DNA of 64,000 bases from Lysobacterales bacterium (GTDB lineage: Bacteria > Pseudomonadota > Gammaproteobacteria > Xanthomonadales > SZUA-5): assembly GCA_022844165.1 (NCBI GenBank), contig JALHMH010000004.1, forward strand, positions 128,001 to 192,000, written 5' to 3'. The position numbers were made by a program, and so were the translations under genes. The first letter of the stretch is position 1. Every line of letters begins with the position of its first letter. This document shows positions 32,001 through 41,040 of the stretch, in pieces. The notes beneath the pieces are model-generated. The model was not told where the DNA came from. It saw only the letters and a program-made list of their open reading frames with translations, and did not search any database.

Positions 32001-32169
32001 TGCCCGGTACGCCGTCGACACGCGTAAACCGGCCGCCGACGCTCGGGCCGATCAATCGGTAACTCAGTTCGCCGTAGTCCGACGATTTCGCTTCTTTGGG
32101 CTTGGCCGCGTCAATCGGAGCGCAGATCAGGCAGCCGCACAGGCAGGACAGCATCAGGCGCAAGAGCAT
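29032..32169 (-). CDS. Secreted BNR/VPS10-like repeat glycosyl hydrolase family protein
   Basis: Signal peptide from MLLRLML, YRLIGP..GGR, many S.D.G.(T/S)W Asp-boxes, RFQWTAP, ATRGRSFW. Confidence 0.85.
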   Translation of the reverse strand: MLLRLMLSCLCGCLICAPIDAAKPKEAKSSDYGELSYRLIGPSVGGRFTRVDGVPGTQVLYAAAAQGGVWKSNNDGRDWAPIFDKEISQSIGSIAVAPSDPNVIYVGGGEANPRGNVAIGLGIWKSIDAGQNWTHVWKGRGQVGTMVVHPRDPNIAYAAVLGSPFGPGAERGVYRTSDGGRSWQLVLKKDADTGASDVALDPQHPNIVYAGLWQFRRSPWIATSGGPGGGLYRSIDGGDTWTQLTEAGLPEGDWGKVGVRVAPSDAQRVYALIEAEQGGLFRSDDAGSSWKRINTHRSLQQRAWYYTVLTIDPTNADVIWFPQVPLLRSIDGGKTVHQVSGPHHGDHHDIWIDPSNPKRLISGNDGGLDITLDGGKTWYTPPLPLAQIYNLDVDDSIPYRIAGTIQDWGTAMGPSRSLVNGDNPLGNWLMIGGGEAGDVLFDPSTPGGIYAGEYGGYLSHTIIGTGQIRNISAWPANPSGMAPEKLDYRFQWTAPLAASPHNLKVVYHGANVLFRSNDQGQSWSTISGDLTRNDTSKQQWTGGPITGDITGVETYGTIFSIAESPVTAGEIWVGSDDGLVHLSRDAGASWSNITPKGMPEWGTVEFIEPSRVSAGTAYVVVHRYRMDDFRPYLFRTRDFGRSWQSVSTGLPDDLPLWVLREDRDDANVLYLGTDRGIWYSHNGGGNWADLTLNLPRVTVTDLEVKHGDLIVATRGRSFWVLEGLASLRALPAARAQNVALLPGAVGHRFRSEARWDFLARGALPNPPDGAIIRYWLGVEPKDEISLSILDADGRTLRTLSSKPVPARYAGDDPDEPEEEPKPALSKRIGLQQAVWDLRLEGARRFATKVDLGNPDLGPLALPGVYTLRLTVDGKRIDGSVEVRADPRSPADAAALRANQAFALSLRDALDRTTTLIETTKAVHQQAADLRLRHVNHAEISAAAQKLLTAVSAIESRLHNPKAEVVYDILTGHEGGAMLHSQLAPLYSWTQDSDHAPTQGMTTRRDQLLAELNAIERALATLRTTELAQLEAALDAANAPRIVVPK

Positions 32170-32422
32170 GTCGCATCCAGATTCGGAGTGGAACAACGAT
32201 GATGTCACGTGGCGCTCGATGGGTCTAAGTGTCGCTACATCCATGCACCTGGGATTCGCCGGCACCGGTACCCGTGCGGCGCGCAGCCTGGATGCAAATA
32301 CTGAACAACCGCGCAATCTTGCGCCTGCGGCGGATGTATCGCTCATCCTGCGAACCGCTCATTGTGCTGGAATAGACAGTTTGTGCGTGGGCTTTTCGCA
32401 CTTTTTGCCAGGATCACGCTTC

Positions 32423-33451
32423 ATGTCTTCTTCGTACGCGATCAAAACACTCGGTTGGCTCGCTGCATTCATGCTTTTAACGACCAGCGTTGCGTTCGCC
32501 CAGGTGCCGTCTGAGCCCACGATTTCAGTGCAACCAGCCTCGGCGCTGGCCGTCGAGAATCGCCTGTCTGCCAGCGCTTCGGTGCAAGCGCAGAACGATT
32601 CGGCTATCGCCGCAGAGTTGGCGGCTACGATCGCAGAGGTGCACGTAGAAGCAGGGCGCAACGTGAGCAAGGGGCAGTTGCTCGTGAGCCTGGACGCGCG
32701 TGATGCGAAGCTTGCGCTCCGCCAGGCGGATGCGGCGCTCGATGCCGCGAGAGCGCAATTGCTGCTGGCCACGCAGCGCGCCGAACGCGGACGTCGACTG
32801 CGTGCCGACCGGCATATCAGCGAAGACGAGTTGCTGGCGTTGCAGACCGGACAGGTTGCAGCGGATGCGCAGGCGACTCAGGCGCGGGCAGCGCGCGATG
32901 CCGCGGCGCGCCAATTGGAAAAGTGCAGCGTTCATGCGCCTTTTTCGGGCGTCGTATTGGAGCGTCACGCGCACGTCGGCGCGCTGGCTGCGCCGGGGAC
33001 ACCGCTGCTAAGGCTGGTCTCGACCGCTGCCGCAGAAGTGGAGGCACAACTGTCGCCGGATGCGGCTGAACAGATTGCGCCAGCGGTTCGAATCGAGTTC
33101 GAGTCGCAGCAACGGCGCTATGCCCTCAAGCTCGCGGCGTTGTCGCCGGTGATGGAACGCAGCACGCGCACGCGGCTCGCGCGTTTTGTCTTCGTGACTG
33201 ACAGCGCGCCGGCAGGCAGCACAGGTCAGGTCAGTTGGATCGCGCCTGGCCTGTTGCTGCCGGCGGAGTTGATGGTCAAACGCGGCGACGAACGAGGTGC
33301 GTTTATCGTCGTGGACGGCAAGGCACGATTTGTTCCGGCGAAGTCCGCTGAGGAAGGCCGGCGATTCCAACTCGACGTGCCGCCCGAAACGCTGGTGGTC
33401 CACCGCGGTCAACAATCGCTCCATGACGGCGACGTGGTGCCAACAGAATGA
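32423..33451 (+). CDS. RND efflux periplasmic adaptor (MFP)
   Basis: Lipoyl-like V..G..V.KGQLL..LD, helical hairpin, APFSGVV; overlaps the RND permease start. Confidence 0.85.
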   Translation: MSSSYAIKTLGWLAAFMLLTTSVAFAQVPSEPTISVQPASALAVENRLSASASVQAQNDSAIAAELAATIAEVHVEAGRNVSKGQLLVSLDARDAKLALRQADAALDAARAQLLLATQRAERGRRLRADRHISEDELLALQTGQVAADAQATQARAARDAAARQLEKCSVHAPFSGVVLERHAHVGALAAPGTPLLRLVSTAAAEVEAQLSPDAAEQIAPAVRIEFESQQRRYALKLAALSPVMERSTRTRLARFVFVTDSAPAGSTGQVSWIAPGLLLPAELMVKRGDERGAFIVVDGKARFVPAKSAEEGRRFQLDVPPETLVVHRGQQSLHDGDVVPTE

Positions 33452-36400
33452 AATTGATCGAGCGCCTGATCACTCACCATCCGCTCGCCAATATTGCCTT
33501 TGCGGTCGTTTTGGTCATGGGCGCTATTGCGTATCTCAAGATGCCGCGCGAGCAGGATCCGGAGATCAATTTCAACTGGCTGAACATCTCAACGGCGCTT
33601 CCCGGCGCCTCCGCCGAAGATGTCGAGGCGAAGATCACCAACCCACTCGAAGACGCGTTGCGCAATGTGCAGGACGTGCGCTGGGTGATCAGTTCTTCGC
33701 GCGAAGGCGTGAGCAACATCCTGGTCCGTTTTCGCGAGATCAACGAACGCAGCTTCGACAAACGCGTGAACGACGTGCGGCGCGAAGTGCAGAACAAAGC
33801 CAACGCCGAGCTGCCGACCGAAGCGCTGGATCCGGACATCCTTGAAATTACCACTGCGAACGGTTTTCCCACGGCGATGGTGGTGCTGAGTGGACAGGCC
33901 GACGACGAACAGCTGCGACTCGCCGCGCGCAACGTGCGTGAGGATATTCAGCGCATCGGTGGCGTCGATCGTGTCCTGGCGCTGGGGTTTCGCGACCCCG
34001 AACTGCGAGTGGAATTCGACCCGCAGCAGCTTGCCGCGAGAGGCGTCCATGCGGTGCAATTGTCCGACGCGCTGCGCGGTTGGTTTCGCGATGTGTTCGC
34101 CGGCAAACAAGACGCCGCCGACGCCGAATGGCTGGTGCGCGTGGCAGGTGCGGTGCCGGATGTCGAGCGTCTGGCCGGGTTCGAACTGCCGTTGAGCGAT
34201 GGCGCCGTGCGCCTCGATACGCTGGCCGAAGTTCGGCGGATCAGTCAGCGTCCGCGGCAGTTGATCGCCACCGATGGCCAGCCTGCGGTGCTGATGTCGG
34301 TGACCAAAGTCAGCGGTAGTAATACGCTGGTGTTGGTCGATCGCCTGCGCGAATATGTGGAGCAAAAAAACGCCGTGCTCGCGGGCTCAGGGTTGTCGTT
34401 GTTGTTGAGCGACGATCAGTCGATTCCCACGCGTGATGCGCTGGCGATCATGCAAGACAACGCGCTGATCGGACTGCTGCTGGTGATGGCCGTGTGTTGG
34501 TTGTTCCTTGGCACGCGCATTTCGGCCATGGTCGCGTTGGGCGTGGTGTTTTCCATCGCCGGCACTTTCATCCTGCTCGATGTCACCGGGAACACGCTCA
34601 ACGTCTCAGTACTGCTCGGCATCGTCATCGTTTTGGGCATGCTGGTCGACGACGCAGTGGTCGTGGTTGAGGCGATGTACTTTCGCATGCAGCGCGGCAT
34701 GGATGGACTGCGTGCGGCAATCGAAAGCCTGCGTGAAGTGGGCTTGCCGGTGTTGGCCGCCGTGACCACGACGATGGCGGCTTTTTTGCCGCTGATGTTG
34801 TTGCCCGGCATCCTCGGCAAATTCATGTTTGTGATTCCCTTTGTGGTCACCGTCGGATTGGCGGTGAGTTTGATCGAAGCGTTCTGGATGTTGCCCGCGC
34901 ATGTAGTCGCCATGGGCGACAAAGCGCTGAGTGCTTCGCGCAGTCAGGCGTGGCGCGAGCGCTGGACGCATGCGCTGCGCGTCAAATACACCCGAGCGCT
35001 GATTCACGTCATGCGTCGCCCGAAACGCTATCTCAGTGGTGCGCTGCTGTTGTTCGTCGCGTCGATGGGTCTGATTGTGCTCGGCGCTGCGTTCAATAGC
35101 GGGCCGGTACGCTTCAACTTCTTCGCCTTCGATCCGATCCGCTTGTTTTATGTCAACGTCGATTTGCCGCCGACGACGCCGATCGAAGAAAGTATTGCGC
35201 ACACGCAAACGGTCGAGACCATCGTCCGTCGCCATCTCAAAGAGGGCGAGGCTCGGTCGGTGATATCCATGGCGGGCATCAAGTTCACCGACATCGAGCC
35301 GGTGTATGGCGATCGTTATGGTCAGATCGCGGTGTCGTTGAATCCGGCGACGGCCGAGTCGCGGCTGATCGACGAGATCATCGAGGGCATGCGTGCCGAC
35401 ATCGAATCGGCGCCGGTGCCCGCGCAGATGTCGTTTTTCAAGGTCAGTGGCGGTCCGCCCACGGGCAAGCCGATCAGCGTCAAAGTACGCAGCGACGATC
35501 CTGCGGAACTCGCGGGTGCGGCCGAGGCTGTCAAACGCGCCATTGCCGACATTCCTGGCGCGCGCGACATCAGCGACGATGCCAGCCCGGGGCGTAACGA
35601 GCTCACCCTGGACGTGGACGTCGCGGCCGCGCGCGAAGCCGGTCTCGATCCGGCCGCCGTTGCGCGTCTGGTGCGCTTGCACGTCGATGGCGAGGTGGTG
35701 GCCGATTTTCGCGACCGCGGCGAGAAGGTCGAGCTACGTGTGCAGGCGCAGCCACAACGGTTCGCGCAGGTGGAAGAACTGTTGGCGCAGCCGGTGGCTT
35801 TGCCAGGCGGCGGCGAAACCCTGCTCGGTGCGCTGGTGAAACACCAGACGCGCATCAGCGCCGATCTGATCCGGCATTGGAATTTCCGCCGCGCGATCAC
35901 CGTCGAAGCCGATCTCGATCTCGACATCAACAATGCGGTCGCGGCCGCGCAGAGCCTGCGCCAGGCCTGGGAAAGCCAACGCGCCACTTACCCAGGCGCT
36001 GACCTCGATTTTTCTGGTCAACTCGACGACATCAACGAGTCTTTGGCGGCGCTCGGCCCGTTGGCACTGATGGGCATCGGTCTGATTTACCTGATTCTGG
36101 CGGCGCAATTCCGCAGCTATGGGCAGCCCTTCCTGATTCTGGTCACCGTACCGCTGGCGCTGGTGGGCGTGACCTTGGGCGTGGTGGTGTCCGGTAATCC
36201 AGTGTCCCTGTACACGATGTATGGCGCAGTCGCTCTGATCGGTATCGCCGTCAACGGTGCCATCGTTCTGATTGACGCGGCCAATCAGCGCCGCGCGGCC
36301 GGCATGCGCACGCTGCACGCCGCAATTTATGCCGCGCGCCGCCGCGTGATCGCGATCGCGATGACCACGGGCACGACCATCGCCGGACTGTTTTCGCTCG

Positions 36401-36528
36401 CGGTTGGTCTGGCTGGCGAATCTCTGCTCTGGGGTCCGGTTGCCTCGGCCATCGTCTGGGGTCTGGCCTTTTCCAGCTTGCTGACGCTGTTCGTCGTCCC
36501 GGTGCTGTATCGGCAGTTCATGCGTTGA
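33448..36528 (+). CDS. RND efflux permease (AcrB/AcrD/AcrF family)
   Basis: PGASAEDVE..IT.PLE, GMLVDDAVVVVE, T..AAFLPL, GIAVN.AIVL, about 12 TM segments. Confidence 0.93.
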   Translation: MKLIERLITHHPLANIAFAVVLVMGAIAYLKMPREQDPEINFNWLNISTALPGASAEDVEAKITNPLEDALRNVQDVRWVISSSREGVSNILVRFREINERSFDKRVNDVRREVQNKANAELPTEALDPDILEITTANGFPTAMVVLSGQADDEQLRLAARNVREDIQRIGGVDRVLALGFRDPELRVEFDPQQLAARGVHAVQLSDALRGWFRDVFAGKQDAADAEWLVRVAGAVPDVERLAGFELPLSDGAVRLDTLAEVRRISQRPRQLIATDGQPAVLMSVTKVSGSNTLVLVDRLREYVEQKNAVLAGSGLSLLLSDDQSIPTRDALAIMQDNALIGLLLVMAVCWLFLGTRISAMVALGVVFSIAGTFILLDVTGNTLNVSVLLGIVIVLGMLVDDAVVVVEAMYFRMQRGMDGLRAAIESLREVGLPVLAAVTTTMAAFLPLMLLPGILGKFMFVIPFVVTVGLAVSLIEAFWMLPAHVVAMGDKALSASRSQAWRERWTHALRVKYTRALIHVMRRPKRYLSGALLLFVASMGLIVLGAAFNSGPVRFNFFAFDPIRLFYVNVDLPPTTPIEESIAHTQTVETIVRRHLKEGEARSVISMAGIKFTDIEPVYGDRYGQIAVSLNPATAESRLIDEIIEGMRADIESAPVPAQMSFFKVSGGPPTGKPISVKVRSDDPAELAGAAEAVKRAIADIPGARDISDDASPGRNELTLDVDVAAAREAGLDPAAVARLVRLHVDGEVVADFRDRGEKVELRVQAQPQRFAQVEELLAQPVALPGGGETLLGALVKHQTRISADLIRHWNFRRAITVEADLDLDINNAVAAAQSLRQAWESQRATYPGADLDFSGQLDDINESLAALGPLALMGIGLIYLILAAQFRSYGQPFLILVTVPLALVGVTLGVVVSGNPVSLYTMYGAVALIGIAVNGAIVLIDAANQRRAAGMRTLHAAIYAARRRVIAIAMTTGTTIAGLFSLAVGLAGESLLWGPVASAIVWGLAFSSLLTLFVVPVLYRQFMR

Positions 36529-36669
36529 CCGTCTAAGCGCCATCGGACCATTCTGGCGGCAGTGAATGCCGATCCATGCTGTCCGCCGCCATGAGTTGTT
36601 GGATTTTGCGTTCGCTTCCTGGTGGTTTCGGCATTCTTGCCAAGGACACTATGAAAAGGGGTTCGATGG

Positions 36670-37704
36670 ATGCGTTGGGTCATTGTTTTCTCATTGTTGG
36701 CCTGGGTGGCGGCGGAAGCGCGCACGCGTATCGACTACAACGGCGCGATGAACCGCGCGCAGGCGGCGGTTTTGTCCGGAAACGTCGATCCCGAACGGGA
36801 TTTGGCGCCGGTGCTCCAGTCTTACGTTTTTCTGGCCGAAACCGGCGACTCATCGCATTTGCCCTACTCGCTCAACATCGAACGTCTGGCGCGTGTCGAT
36901 GGTTCCAGCCCGCAGTCAGTGAAGCGCTGGTTCGGAGAGATCGCGCCGCGATACCTGGTACCGCTGATCGAGGGCAAGACGCCAGCAGGCCCTCGAGGGC
37001 GTGCGCTTTTGATGCTGAATCGGATGCAAGTGGATGAGTCCACCATGGACCGCGCGATTGAGATCGCCAGCGCCGATCCGGAACTTGCGAACAGCGTTGA
37101 CCGAGTGCGCTCGGATCGCCGACGCACACCGAAAACAACGCTGGCTGCGGTCGACGCTGAGCGTGAACGTGCCGCCATCGCTTTTTTGGCGCCACGCAAC
37201 ATCGGAGTCAATGCCGACAGCTTGCGCAAGGCCGCCGGCGAGGGCGATCTGCTGACGGTCGCGGCATTACTGGATGCCGGCGTCGACGCCAATGCGCGCG
37301 GCATCTCTGGCATGAACGCCATCAGTCAAACCGTTGGCTTCGGCTGCGTGGATAAGGTGCCGGCCACCGACCTTGTCGCGATGTTGCAACTGCTTGCCAG
37401 GCGCGGCGCCCAAATCGGCGGCGCAGACGCAAACGGCGACACCTATCTGCTGGGCGCCGTGCGCAACGGATGTCCGGCTGTCGTCATTGAGGCGTTGATC
37501 GACTTGGGCGAACCGCCCGATGTGCGCGGATCGCGTGGGCTGACTCCGCTCGAAATGGCGATCGCGGCAGCAAATCTGGATGCAGCCGAGGCGCTCGTCG
37601 CGCGCGGCGCACGCTTGAGCGCGCAACAGGTCGATCGTCTGTTCATCGAGCCACCCAGCGATCCACGCGTCAAGGCAATCCTCAAACGTGCCCAAGGACG
37701 ATGA
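36670..37704 (+). CDS. Secreted ankyrin-repeat protein
   Basis: Signal peptide; LLDAGVDANA, G.TYL..A, GLTPLEMA, LVARGA repeats. Confidence 0.8.
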   Translation: MRWVIVFSLLAWVAAEARTRIDYNGAMNRAQAAVLSGNVDPERDLAPVLQSYVFLAETGDSSHLPYSLNIERLARVDGSSPQSVKRWFGEIAPRYLVPLIEGKTPAGPRGRALLMLNRMQVDESTMDRAIEIASADPELANSVDRVRSDRRRTPKTTLAAVDAERERAAIAFLAPRNIGVNADSLRKAAGEGDLLTVAALLDAGVDANARGISGMNAISQTVGFGCVDKVPATDLVAMLQLLARRGAQIGGADANGDTYLLGAVRNGCPAVVIEALIDLGEPPDVRGSRGLTPLEMAIAAANLDAAEALVARGARLSAQQVDRLFIEPPSDPRVKAILKRAQGR

Positions 37705-38273
37705 TCATGCGATGCCGGATGTTTTCGACTCTGCTCTTGATGCCCTTGATTGCCTTTGGCGAAGCGCCGAGCGAGCTGGGCGATGCGCTGGTCGGTGCTG
37801 CGCTGCGCCGCGATGTCGCAGAAGTGAAGGCGCTGCTGGCCGAAGGCGTGAGCGCTAACGCCCGTTCGCCGACGCTACCGCATTCACCGCTGAACGCCGC
37901 GACGATGGTTGGCTGTGGCAAGGACGAAGGCGACTATGCCCAGGCGTTGCAGATCGTCGATGCGCTGCTTGCGGCTGGCGCAGACCCAAACGCAACTGAG
38001 GGCGCAGGAACGTCGACGCTGACCATGGCCGCCCAGCGATGCCCTGGCGAGGTTGTGCAGCGAATGCTCGATGCGGGCGGCGACGTGGCGCATCGCAGCC
38101 CGCAAGGATGGGGACCGCTGTCGATGGCGCTGATCGTCAAGAACAAGAGTTCGGCGCGCGTGCTCATCGAACACGGCGCACGTCTGCCCGGCGCGACGCT
38201 CGACAAGCTGATCAAAACGCCGCCGGACGATCCCGAGTTGAAGGAGCTGATCCGTCGCGCGCGAAAGGGCTGA
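37701..38273 (+). CDS. Secreted ankyrin-repeat protein, paralogous to the C-terminal half of the upstream gene
   Basis: ATGA overlap; LLAAGADPNA, GWGPLSMA, LIEHGARL, PPDDP..K.L..RA tail shared with the upstream protein. Confidence 0.8.
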   Translation: MIMRCRMFSTLLLMPLIAFGEAPSELGDALVGAALRRDVAEVKALLAEGVSANARSPTLPHSPLNAATMVGCGKDEGDYAQALQIVDALLAAGADPNATEGAGTSTLTMAAQRCPGEVVQRMLDAGGDVAHRSPQGWGPLSMALIVKNKSSARVLIEHGARLPGATLDKLIKTPPDDPELKELIRRARKG

Positions 38274-38453
38274 CTCGCGATTCTCTGCTTTGGAGATCGC
38301 TGTCTGGTGATCCAGCTTGCTGACGCCGTTCTTCGTTCCGTTGCTTTATCGGTTGCTGATGCGTGAATGGGTGAGGGATGCGTTTCGTCGCGTCTGAGTT
38401 CCCGTGTTATGGTCTGAATTCAGCTTCGATCCAAGCGGACAGGTTGTAAGACG

Positions 38454-40124
38454 ATGCCAGGCGTCTTCTACGAAATCGGAATTCTGCTTGGCTTGGCGGC
38501 CGCAGCAGGCGCTCTTGCACAGTGGTTGAGGCAACCACTGATCGTTGCCTTTATTGCCGTTGGTATCTTCGCAGGCCCCTCCTTTGTTGGCTTATTGCAG
38601 TCGGGCAACGAAGTCGACCTGCTCGCTCGCCTTGGGATTGCACTGCTTCTGTTTGTGGTTGGACTGAAGCTTGACTTGCACATCATCCGCACGGTTGGGC
38701 CGGTCGCACTGGCATCGGGTCTCGGGCAGGTCATTTTCACCTCTGTGATCGGCTATGTGCTCGGATTGCTGCTTGGTTTGGACCACATTGCGGCGATTTA
38801 TGTGGCCGTTGCGCTGACCTTTTCCAGCACCATCATTATTGTCAAGCTGCTGTCCGACAAGCGCGAGGTCGATTCGCTTCATGGACGAATTGCGATCGGT
38901 TTTTTGATCGTTCAGGACATCGTCGTTGTGTTGGTCATGATCGCCCTGACGGCGTTCGGGAGTGCGGAAGCGAATCGTAGTTTTGGTCAGGAAGCGCTGT
39001 GGATTGTTGCAAAAGGCGTCGCCATGTTGGTCAGCGTTGCGTTGCTGATGCGATACGTCCTGCCGCACCTCACGCAGCGACTTGCTCGAACGCCGGAGTT
39101 GCTGGTGCTGTTTGCGATTGCCTGGGCGGTTCTGGGCGCGATGGTCGGCGATGCATTGGGATTCAGCAAGGAGGTCGGCGCCTTCTTGGCCGGCGTTTCG
39201 ATTGCCTCGACCGCATTTCGCGAACAAATAGCAGCGCGCCTTGTCAGTCTGCGCGATTTTCTTTTGCTCTTCTTCTTCGTCGAATTGGGCGCCTCTCTGG
39301 ACCTGGGTACCTTAGGCGCTCAGTGGTTCTCGGCGATGGTGTTCTCGCTGTTCGTATTGATTGGAAATCCGTTGATCGTCATGGCCATTATGGGTTACAT
39401 GGGCTACCGCAAACGAACGGGTTTCCTCGCGGGCCTCACCGTTGCGCAAATCAGTGAATTTTCATTGATTCTGGCCGGGCTCGGATTGAGCCTGGGACAT
39501 CTGGACCGCGAGACGGTCGGTCTGGTCACGCTGGTTGGACTGGTGACGATCAGCGCCTCGACCTATCTGATCTTGTACTCGCATCCGATTTACGAGCGAC
39601 TCGCGCCATGGCTCGGTGTGTTCGAGCGTAAAGTCGCGTTCCGCGAGCAGCGGGCGACGCCAAGCCAGTTGGAACCTGATGTATTGCTGTTTGGCATAGG
39701 GCGTTTCGGCAAGGCGCTAGCAGAAAATCTTCGCTCCGGCGGATGCCGGCTACTGGTCATCGATTTCGATCCAGAGGCGATTCGAAGTCAGAAACTTGAG
39801 GGATTTGCGGTTCAGTACGGTGACGCTTCTGATCCAGAGTTTATCGCCGCCTTGCCCATTCAAAAAGCGAATTGCGTAGTTTGCACGATCCGCGATGTCG
39901 ATATTGGCCAGACGCTCGTCCAGAGTTTGCGGCAACTGGGATTTGTCGGCAAGATCGCTGTCGCTGCCGAGGCACAATCGGATGTTGAGCGTTTGACCCA
40001 GCTCGGCGTCGACAGAGTGTTTGTTCCGTACGCTGATGCTGCACGTGAGGCGGCGAAGTTTGTTCTGGGTTCCGATCAGGAGGGACGGCATGAGGAGCTT
40101 CAGGAGCATCCTGTTCGTTTGTGA
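38454..40124 (+). CDS. CPA2/Kef-type cation:proton antiporter with TrkA-N domain
   Basis: LLFVVGLKL, FSSTIIIVKLL, LIVQD, AQISEFS, GIGRFG, YGDA.D. Confidence 0.9.
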   Translation: MPGVFYEIGILLGLAAAAGALAQWLRQPLIVAFIAVGIFAGPSFVGLLQSGNEVDLLARLGIALLLFVVGLKLDLHIIRTVGPVALASGLGQVIFTSVIGYVLGLLLGLDHIAAIYVAVALTFSSTIIIVKLLSDKREVDSLHGRIAIGFLIVQDIVVVLVMIALTAFGSAEANRSFGQEALWIVAKGVAMLVSVALLMRYVLPHLTQRLARTPELLVLFAIAWAVLGAMVGDALGFSKEVGAFLAGVSIASTAFREQIAARLVSLRDFLLLFFFVELGASLDLGTLGAQWFSAMVFSLFVLIGNPLIVMAIMGYMGYRKRTGFLAGLTVAQISEFSLILAGLGLSLGHLDRETVGLVTLVGLVTISASTYLILYSHPIYERLAPWLGVFERKVAFREQRATPSQLEPDVLLFGIGRFGKALAENLRSGGCRLLVIDFDPEAIRSQKLEGFAVQYGDASDPEFIAALPIQKANCVVCTIRDVDIGQTLVQSLRQLGFVGKIAVAAEAQSDVERLTQLGVDRVFVPYADAAREAAKFVLGSDQEGRHEELQEHPVRL

Positions 40125-41022
40125 TGCAGCGACGTCAGATGCGGCCCTCGCACGCGTTGCCAGCCTGGCAGACCATCAGCAGGCGCGGCTGACGATCATT
40201 GATGTGGTTGCTCCGTTGGCTTCTGCCGAGCAGACGGCTTTGCTGGTACTCGAACGTCATCGCGCCCTTGAAGCGCTATGTGCGCCGTTTCGCGCGTTAG
40301 CTGCGTCGACGATCGAAGTGTCGACGGGCAAGCGCTTCGTTGAGGCCATACGGCGAGTGCTGCGCGACAATCACGACTTATTGGTCAAGAGCGCCGAGAA
40401 CCCCAGTTGGACAGAGCGCTTGTTTGGCAGCGAAGATATGCACCTGCTGCGCAAGTGTCCCTGTCCTGTCTGGCTGATGCGGCCCGATGAAGAGGTGAGC
40501 TATCGAACTGTTCTTGCGGCCATCGATGTTGATCCAGACGTATCGGATGATGCGCAAGAGCTCAACGACAACATCCTTGAATTGGCGAGTGCGCTCGCCG
40601 TGGCGGACTTCGCTGCGCTGCATGTGCTCCACGTGTGGGATAGTCCGGAGGCAGGGTTTGTACGCCTCTGGGCGGATGATCCGGCGTCCGCTGAGCGCAG
40701 CGTTCTGAGCGGTGCGTCGACGCGGCATCGCGAAGCCGCCGAGCGGCAGCTGGGACGGCTGGCCCAGTCTCTGGGGAGCGAGGCGTATCGGCACTTGGCT
40801 CCGAAGCTCCATGTGATTCATGGCAATCCGCGCGATACGATTCCTGCACAAGCAGCACAGTTGGGTGCCCAGTTGGTGGTGATGGGCACCGTGGCACGTA
40901 AAGGCGTTGCCGGCGTGCTGATCGGCAATACCGCGGAGGATGTTCTGGATCAACTTCGGTGTGCCGTGTTGGCCCTCAAGCCGGCGTGGTTTGCCTCGCC
41001 GTTGTCGCCGCCGGCAATTTGA
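40090..41022 (+). CDS. Tandem universal stress protein (UspE-like)
   Basis: HDLLVK, FGS.DMHLLRKCPCPVW, VMGTVAR.GVAG.LIGNTAE.VL. Confidence 0.9.
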   Translation: MRSFRSILFVCDAATSDAALARVASLADHQQARLTIIDVVAPLASAEQTALLVLERHRALEALCAPFRALAASTIEVSTGKRFVEAIRRVLRDNHDLLVKSAENPSWTERLFGSEDMHLLRKCPCPVWLMRPDEEVSYRTVLAAIDVDPDVSDDAQELNDNILELASALAVADFAALHVLHVWDSPEAGFVRLWADDPASAERSVLSGASTRHREAAERQLGRLAQSLGSEAYRHLAPKLHVIHGNPRDTIPAQAAQLGAQLVVMGTVARKGVAGVLIGNTAEDVLDQLRCAVLALKPAWFASPLSPPAI

Positions 41023-41040
41023 TGCGAACACTCGGTTCCT

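Noticed and set aside
30052-32202. 716-aa plus-strand ORF, and similar long antisense ORFs such as 855-1880, 34606-35682 and 59431-60393
   Set aside because: Shadow frames opposite clearly recognisable genes, as expected in high-GC DNA; no motifs.
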